Of a DNA stretch of 64,000 nucleotides, positions 59,903-64,000 are shown one piece after another. The translations under genes and the position numbers were made by a program. Under the pieces are notes generated by a model. It was not told where the DNA came from. It did no database searches and was given only the letters and a program-made list of their open reading frames with translations. The first letter of the stretch is position 1. Every line of letters begins with the position of its first letter. The DNA comes from Candidatus Komeilibacteria bacterium (GTDB lineage: Bacteria; Patescibacteriota; Patescibacteriia; UBA1558), in the NCBI GenBank assembly GCA_048538275.1, contig JBLYPW010000001.1, positions 212,919 to 276,918 on the forward strand. The letters run 5' to 3'.

Positions 59903-60172
59903 TTATAACAATCCGCTCATTTTGTTAGCCATCATTTTTTGTACTTGTTGGCTAGTATTAGACCAAGCTTCTTTAATGGCTTGCGTGGTGGCTTCTTTAT
60001 CGCTGTCCCAGCCTTCTTTGAGTTGTAGATCAATAATTTCTTGTTGCCCGTTGATAGTTAAGACCACTAGCTTGTTTTCACTACTGATGCGTTCTTGAGC
60101 GAGGGCGCCTTGCAGGCTTTGAGCTTTTTGTTTTAAATCTTTTAAATCACCTAGTTTGTTTAATAATGACAT
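59903..60172 (-). CDS. ybaB: nucleoid-associated protein YbaB/EbfC
   Basis: YbaB-family sequence; conserved ybaB-recR adjacency. Confidence 0.85.
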   Translation of the reverse strand: MSLLNKLGDLKDLKQKAQSLQGALAQERISSENKLVVLTINGQQEIIDLQLKEGWDSDKEATTQAIKEAWSNTSQQVQKMMANKMSGLL

Positions 60173-60272
60173 GGAATAAATTGAGAATTAAAAATTAAAA
60201 TCTATAATTGTTGAAGTTGTATGAATGGATGAGCGTTTATAATTTGTTCTAAATCGTATGAGCTAAAGAAAA

Positions 60273-61658
60273 TTAGAATTCTGGCGGGGCTTGAATATCT
60301 TGTTTGGCCATATTGCGGAAAGTTACAGGATCGGCGTCAAAGAATAAATTAACCTGGCCAATGGGTCCATTACGATGTTTGGCAATATGAATTTCTGCTT
60401 TATGTCTTTCTTCCGGCATGATGTCTTCTTCACGATAGTTACGATCTGCAGCCTTACGATAAAGGAACATAACAATGTCAGCATCCTGTTCAATAGAGCC
60501 GGATTCGCGCAGGTGTGCTAGTTTAGGGATAGCCGGTTTAGATTGTTCAACGGCACGAGATAACTGAGATAGGCCGATAACAGGAATATCCAGCTCGCGA
60601 GCAATAGCCTTGAGAGAACGGGTGATTTCTGCCACTTCCTGTACACGATTGTCGCCGTGTGTACTGCGACCTTCCATTAGCTGCAGATAGTCCACGACAA
60701 TTAAATCTAATCCTTGCTCCAACTTTAATCGGCGGGCTTTGGTACGAATTTCCATGATATTAGCTGTGGCACTATCATCTATAAAAATTTTAGCTTCTGA
60801 TAAAACGCCCATAGCTTGACCGATGCGAGGAAAATCATCAGCATTTTCATTATCAGACAAGCGACCATTTCGCATTTTCCACAAAGAAACATTAGCTTGA
60901 GCACAAAGGAGGCGATCAACCAGCTGGTCTTTACTCATTTCTAAGGAAAAAATGCCTACGGATTTTTTTCCTTCTATTGCTACATTGCGAGCAATGTCTA
61001 GAGCGAGAGTCGTTTTACCAACACTGGGTCGTGCCGCTACAATAATCAGGTCAGATTTTTGTAAGCCGGCTAATAATTTATCCAAATCTTCAAAACCAGT
61101 GGGAATACCACGAATTTTGCCTGACTCACGATGTAATTCGTCAATACGATCAAAAGCTTCGTGCAGAATGTCTTTAATAGGTACAAATTCTTCTTTTAAG
61201 TAGCGTTGGGATATGCCAAACAATTTTTGTTCAGATTGATCAAGTAAGCTGTCCAATTCTTCTGTTTCATTATAGGCTAAAGAAGCAATGTCGCTGGAGG
61301 CTTTAATTAATCGACGCAAGGTAGCTTTCTTTTGTACTATTTGAGCATAGGCTACTACATTACTGGCAGTCGGCACATTATTTGCTAATTCCGCTAAATA
61401 GCTTTTACCGCCAATATTGTCCAATGCTTTTTTTTCTGATAAACGGTTAGCCAGGGACAATAAGTCTATTGGCTCATGCTTTTCGTATAATTCTAACATA
61501 GCGTCAAAGATAATCCGATGAGCATCTTTATAAAAGTCATCTGGTACAGTAATGTTTACGACTTTGGTAATAGCCTCTTTGTCAATCAATAAAGAACCTA
61601 GTACGGATTGTTCCGCTTCTAAGTTCTGGGGTTGTAATTTTGTTATATTGTCCGTCAT
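60273..61658 (-). CDS. dnaB: replicative DNA helicase DnaB
   Basis: N-terminal DnaB domain; Walker A GARPSVGKTT; RecA-like C-terminal domain. Confidence 0.95.
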   Translation of the reverse strand: MTDNITKLQPQNLEAEQSVLGSLLIDKEAITKVVNITVPDDFYKDAHRIIFDAMLELYEKHEPIDLLSLANRLSEKKALDNIGGKSYLAELANNVPTASNVVAYAQIVQKKATLRRLIKASSDIASLAYNETEELDSLLDQSEQKLFGISQRYLKEEFVPIKDILHEAFDRIDELHRESGKIRGIPTGFEDLDKLLAGLQKSDLIIVAARPSVGKTTLALDIARNVAIEGKKSVGIFSLEMSKDQLVDRLLCAQANVSLWKMRNGRLSDNENADDFPRIGQAMGVLSEAKIFIDDSATANIMEIRTKARRLKLEQGLDLIVVDYLQLMEGRSTHGDNRVQEVAEITRSLKAIARELDIPVIGLSQLSRAVEQSKPAIPKLAHLRESGSIEQDADIVMFLYRKAADRNYREEDIMPEERHKAEIHIAKHRNGPIGQVNLFFDADPVTFRNMAKQDIQAPPEF

Positions 61659-61796
61659 ATGGTAAAAATAGTTGATTGAACGATGTTATGGGGCCTTAAA
61701 TTGCTTCTCTATTTTAAGTAAAAAGTCAGGATAAAGCAAGGGTTTATTATGCAGACATTTTCCACCTATTAATAACAATTTTTTGTTAATAAAAAA

Positions 61797-61836
61797 ACAG
61801 TCTTTTACTTAGACCCAAAGGGTTAAGCGAAAGACT
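61797..61836 (-). terminator. rho-independent terminator downstream of tRNA-Lys (minus strand)
   Basis: cagtcttt...aaagactg stem; on the minus strand it is followed by a T7 run. Confidence 0.55.
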
Positions 61837-61907
61837 GAAAACAAGAATTCGCTTGAACGGCGAAGTGGTTGCGCCTTATGCGCAAGTACATAATTGTGAG
61901 TAAGAAG

Positions 61908-61984
61908 TGGTACGCGCAGAGGGATTCGAACCCCCGACCATCTGCTTAAAAGGCAGCTGCTCTACCAGGCTGAGCTATGCGCGC
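61908..61984 (-). tRNA. tRNA-Lys (anticodon UUU)
   Basis: Reverse complement folds as acceptor GCGCGCA/TGCGCGT (G1-U72), D arm GCTC-AGCCTGGTA-GAGC, anticodon loop cuUUUaa, T arm GGGGG-TTCGAAT-CCCTC, encoded CCA. Confidence 0.8.
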
Positions 61985-62113
61985 CCGTGGAAATAAAATA
62001 TACCTTAGATTATATTAAGAACTTTTAAATAGCCACATAGCCAATGAGCGAAGCCTGGAAGGCTGCTTGCCCCGCAAACGAACACAAGTGAGTGATGCGG
62101 GGAGCTATGCGCG
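61985..62113 (-). repeat. second copy of the pseudo-tRNA-5' plus 38-nt GC hairpin element, upstream (minus strand) of tRNA-Lys
   Basis: The reverse complement of 62063-62113 is cgcgcatagctc + ccccgcatcactcacttgtgttcgtttgcggggcaagcag. The first 12 nt equal the tRNA-Lys 5' end. The 38-nt core has about 5 mismatches to the copy at 506-543. Confidence 0.6.
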
Positions 62114-62260
62114 TTCACGATAAAACGATGGTATTATAGGGGAATGGTAATTTATTGTCAATATCGTTGTTGATAGTATCGTAAAATTGTTTAGATTTTG
62201 TTATAATTATATAGCTTGATCGTATATTTTAAAGGAGAGTTAATTATTAAAGTAAATATT

Positions 62261-63016
62261 ATGGAAAATAAAGCATGGAGTTGGAATCAGCCTAAAGTAT
62301 GGCTAGTTTTTGTTATCGTGCTCGGTTTTATAGCCTTGGGAGTATTATCTTTATTGCGTGAGCGGTTAGTATATCATGATATGAATCAAATGTCGGTCTC
62401 GGCTGATGGCGAGGTGTTCGCTAAGCCGGATATTGCTCAAATAGTAGTGGGCGTGCGTACCGATACGCAACGCACGGCAGCGGCAGCAGTACAGCAAAAT
62501 ACAGAGCAGATGAATAAAGTGCATGAGGTTTTAGGCGATCTTGGCATAGATGATAAAGATATTCAAACGACTCAGTACCAGTTAAATCCTGTTTATCATT
62601 ATCCTACTAATGGCCAGCGCACTTTGGCTGGTTATGATTTATATCAACAGGCGACTGTGAAAATTCGTGATTTGGATAATATTGGTGAGGTGATAGAGCA
62701 GACTACCTCGGCCGGTGCCAATCAAGTGGGTAGTATTAATTTTACCATTGACGATCAAGAAAGTTTACAAGCAAAGGCCCGTGCCAATGCAATTAGCAAG
62801 GCGCAGACTAAAGCAGAAGAGTTGGAAAAAATGACCGGTATCAAATTGGGTAAGTTGGTAAACATTTATGAGAGTAATAACAATCAACCGGTACCAACTT
62901 ATGCTTATGGCATGGGTGGCGCCTCGGCCGATGCCATGGCCAAGTCCGCTCCAGAAATAGCTAGCGGTGAATTAAAGGTGACTACTAATATTACCTTGGT
63001 TTATAAAGTAGAATGA
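62261..63016 (+). CDS. SIMPL/DUF541-family secreted protein
   Basis: N-terminal TM segment, then a SIMPL-domain pattern (..KPDIAQIVVGV.T.., ..G.ELKVTTNITLVYKVE); TGA stop. Confidence 0.75.
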   Translation: MENKAWSWNQPKVWLVFVIVLGFIALGVLSLLRERLVYHDMNQMSVSADGEVFAKPDIAQIVVGVRTDTQRTAAAAVQQNTEQMNKVHEVLGDLGIDDKDIQTTQYQLNPVYHYPTNGQRTLAGYDLYQQATVKIRDLDNIGEVIEQTTSAGANQVGSINFTIDDQESLQAKARANAISKAQTKAEELEKMTGIKLGKLVNIYESNNNQPVPTYAYGMGGASADAMAKSAPEIASGELKVTTNITLVYKVE

Positions 63017-63136
63017 TTTTGACAATAGTTGGCTATTGTGTTAAGATATTAACAGTATGAGATATTCACAGCTACAGTTGAATAATAATAACAATAATAC
63101 CGGCAGCTAATGCAGGTCAGGTTTGATTTTAGTGAC

Positions 63137-63161
63137 AAACCGGCCTGCGAGGGCCGGTTTT
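63137..63161 (+). terminator. rho-independent terminator
   Basis: aaaccggcc-tgcgag-ggccggtttt. Confidence 0.6.
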
Positions 63162-63284
63162 AATGTAATATGTTTTTTTACAACTGTGTATTATTTAATC
63201 AACAAATGTTAGAGTTTAGATAGGCCCGAGCAGCTTGCGCCGCGTCCGTCTCGGGAGGAAGAGTCGGTTTTCATTTGTGCATAT

Positions 63285-63360
63285 TCTGGAGTAGTTCAAT
63301 TGGTAGAACGCTGCGCTGTTAACGCAGAGGTTGGGGGTTCAAGTCCCTCCTCCAGAGCCA
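63285..63360 (+). tRNA. tRNA-Asn (anticodon GUU)
   Basis: Manual cloverleaf: acceptor tctggag/ctccaga, anticodon loop ctGTTaa, T arm ggggg-ttcaagt-ccctc, encoded CCA. Confidence 0.85.
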
Positions 63361-63398
63361 CATCTGTAGAGACAATTCATGAATTGTCTCTACAGATG
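63361..63398 (+). repeat. perfect 18-bp inverted repeat (hairpin) immediately 3' of tRNA-Asn
   Basis: catctgtagagacaattc-at-gaattgtctctacagatg. Confidence 0.8.
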
Positions 63399-63534
63399 TG
63401 GCTTATTATTTATCCCAAGTACAAGTTTATTTTTTTATTATAATTTTAAAGTTAAGCTATAATAAATAGAGATGCTTAGTTAATGGGTAAAAGTCTATTG
63501 TGTGGTTTTTTAGCTACTATGATATAATTCCTCC

Positions 63535-63708
63535 ATGGATAAATTAAAATATATATTAAAAATATTTTTATTTATATGTCTATTATCATTTGGCATTTTT
63601 ATGATTATATATGGAGAACATGACGATAGTCCAGGAGGACAAATGCTTGGTTTAATAATATTTGTAATAGGCGTGCTATTAATAATAAGAAATAGAAAAA
63701 AGGTATAA
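63535..63708 (+). CDS. small (57 aa) two-TM membrane protein in a very AT-rich region
   Basis: MDKLKYILKIFLFICLLSFGIFMIIYGEHDDSPGGQMLGLIIFVIGVLLIIRNRKKV; below the ORF-track size cutoff. Confidence 0.3.
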   Translation: MDKLKYILKIFLFICLLSFGIFMIIYGEHDDSPGGQMLGLIIFVIGVLLIIRNRKKV

Positions 63709-63797
63709 TTTAAAGATATATTGCCTGTATATTGAAATATATGACAATAATTTATTAAAATGTTAAAATAGTACAGCTAAGCAGTAATTAAAAAAAT

Positions 63798-64000
63798 AAT
63801 GGACAATATAGAAAAAAACGAGTCTATGCCAGAGGAATCATCTGACACTAAAGATATTGACATTGCAGTGGACGAAGTTTTAGGAAAAACAAAAAAATCA
63901 AAACTAAAATGGGCCCTGCTGGGCATTATTGCCGTGATAGTTGTCGCGGCTTTGGGTATCATTGTGATTGTCAGTAATGTGATGAAAAATCAAGAGGTAT
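63798..64000 (+). CDS. hypothetical membrane protein, truncated by the window end
   Basis: ATG at 63798; open to the end of the window; TM segment KWALLGIIAVIVVAALGIIVIV. Confidence 0.35.

Noticed and set aside
63777-63962. A minus-strand 61-aa ORF from the ORF track
   Set aside because: The plus-strand partial ORF (63798 to the window end), with an ATG and a clean TM helix, is the better explanation. Both are low confidence.
1-64000. Possible alternative genetic code (UGA recoding, as in some CPR lineages)
   Set aside because: RF2 is present. TGA is used as a stop codon (adk at 56621-56623, the SIMPL gene at 63014-63016). No conserved protein requires read-through. Standard code 11 applies.

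Overview
This 64 kb window comes from a low-GC (about 38-40%) bacterium with compact, tightly packed and often overlapping genes. It uses genetic code 11: a full-length RF2 (prfB) is present and UGA is read as a stop (adk and the SIMPL gene end in TGA). The gene content is most consistent with a small-genome Patescibacteria/CPR-type organism. That placement is an inference from the missing L30 in the spc cluster, low-complexity extensions on several ribosomal proteins, a split ComEC, and giant cysteine-rich surface proteins served by a dedicated DsbB/thioredoxin pair.

Housekeeping content, in order:
- lepB, hisS, rpsU, yqeY
- ybeY-dgkA, ftsA, ftsZ, nrdR, a DUF4430-like protein, htrA, prfB, a VanZ-like protein
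- the ComEC membrane/competence part, an MBL-fold ComEC-related gene, a lone REC-domain protein, ndk
- a thioredoxin/DsbB pair, a nitroreductase, rpmB, an M50-like protease
- the str operon (rpsL-rpsG-fusA-[inserted ORF]-tuf), then rpsJ-rplC-rplD-rplW-rplB-rpsS-rplV-rpsC-rplP-rpmC-rpsQ-rplN-rplX-rplE-rpsZ-rpsH-rplF-rplR-rpsE-rplO-secY-adk-map
- after map, ruvX, an MraY/WecA-family transferase and rplU
- on the minus strand recR-ybaB-dnaB, then a SIMPL-family protein

Four tRNAs are present: Val-CAC, Pro-GGG, Lys-UUU on the minus strand, and Asn-GUU.

The stand-out region is an ~18.5 kb accessory cell-surface locus (3688-22117). It holds two translationally coupled paralogous proteins of 648 aa and 3820 aa that share an N-terminal two-helix module resembling VirB2/TrbC-type T4SS pilins. 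The 3820-aa protein carries arrays of Ig-like, IPT/TIG, FG-GAP/VCBS, Big_2 and Cys-rich 'CDDGN..GDGC' repeats and a CBM-like C-terminus. Three more secreted proteins follow: a coiled-coil protein with Cys-rich repeats, a protein with thrombospondin-type-3-like Ca-binding repeats, and a protein with two GspG-like pseudopilin domains but no prepilin leader.

Other notable observations:
- A pseudo-tRNA 5' fragment fused to a conserved 38-nt GC hairpin lies about 100 nt upstream of two different tRNA genes.
- A small island sits next to tRNA-Pro: two small coupled ORFs, then a consensus promoter driving a roughly 250-nt region with no conserved protein-coding ORF.
- An antisense ORF pair sits between the two ComEC-related genes.
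- Near-perfect TTGAC(A)-N17-TATAAT promoters occur in front of many operons.
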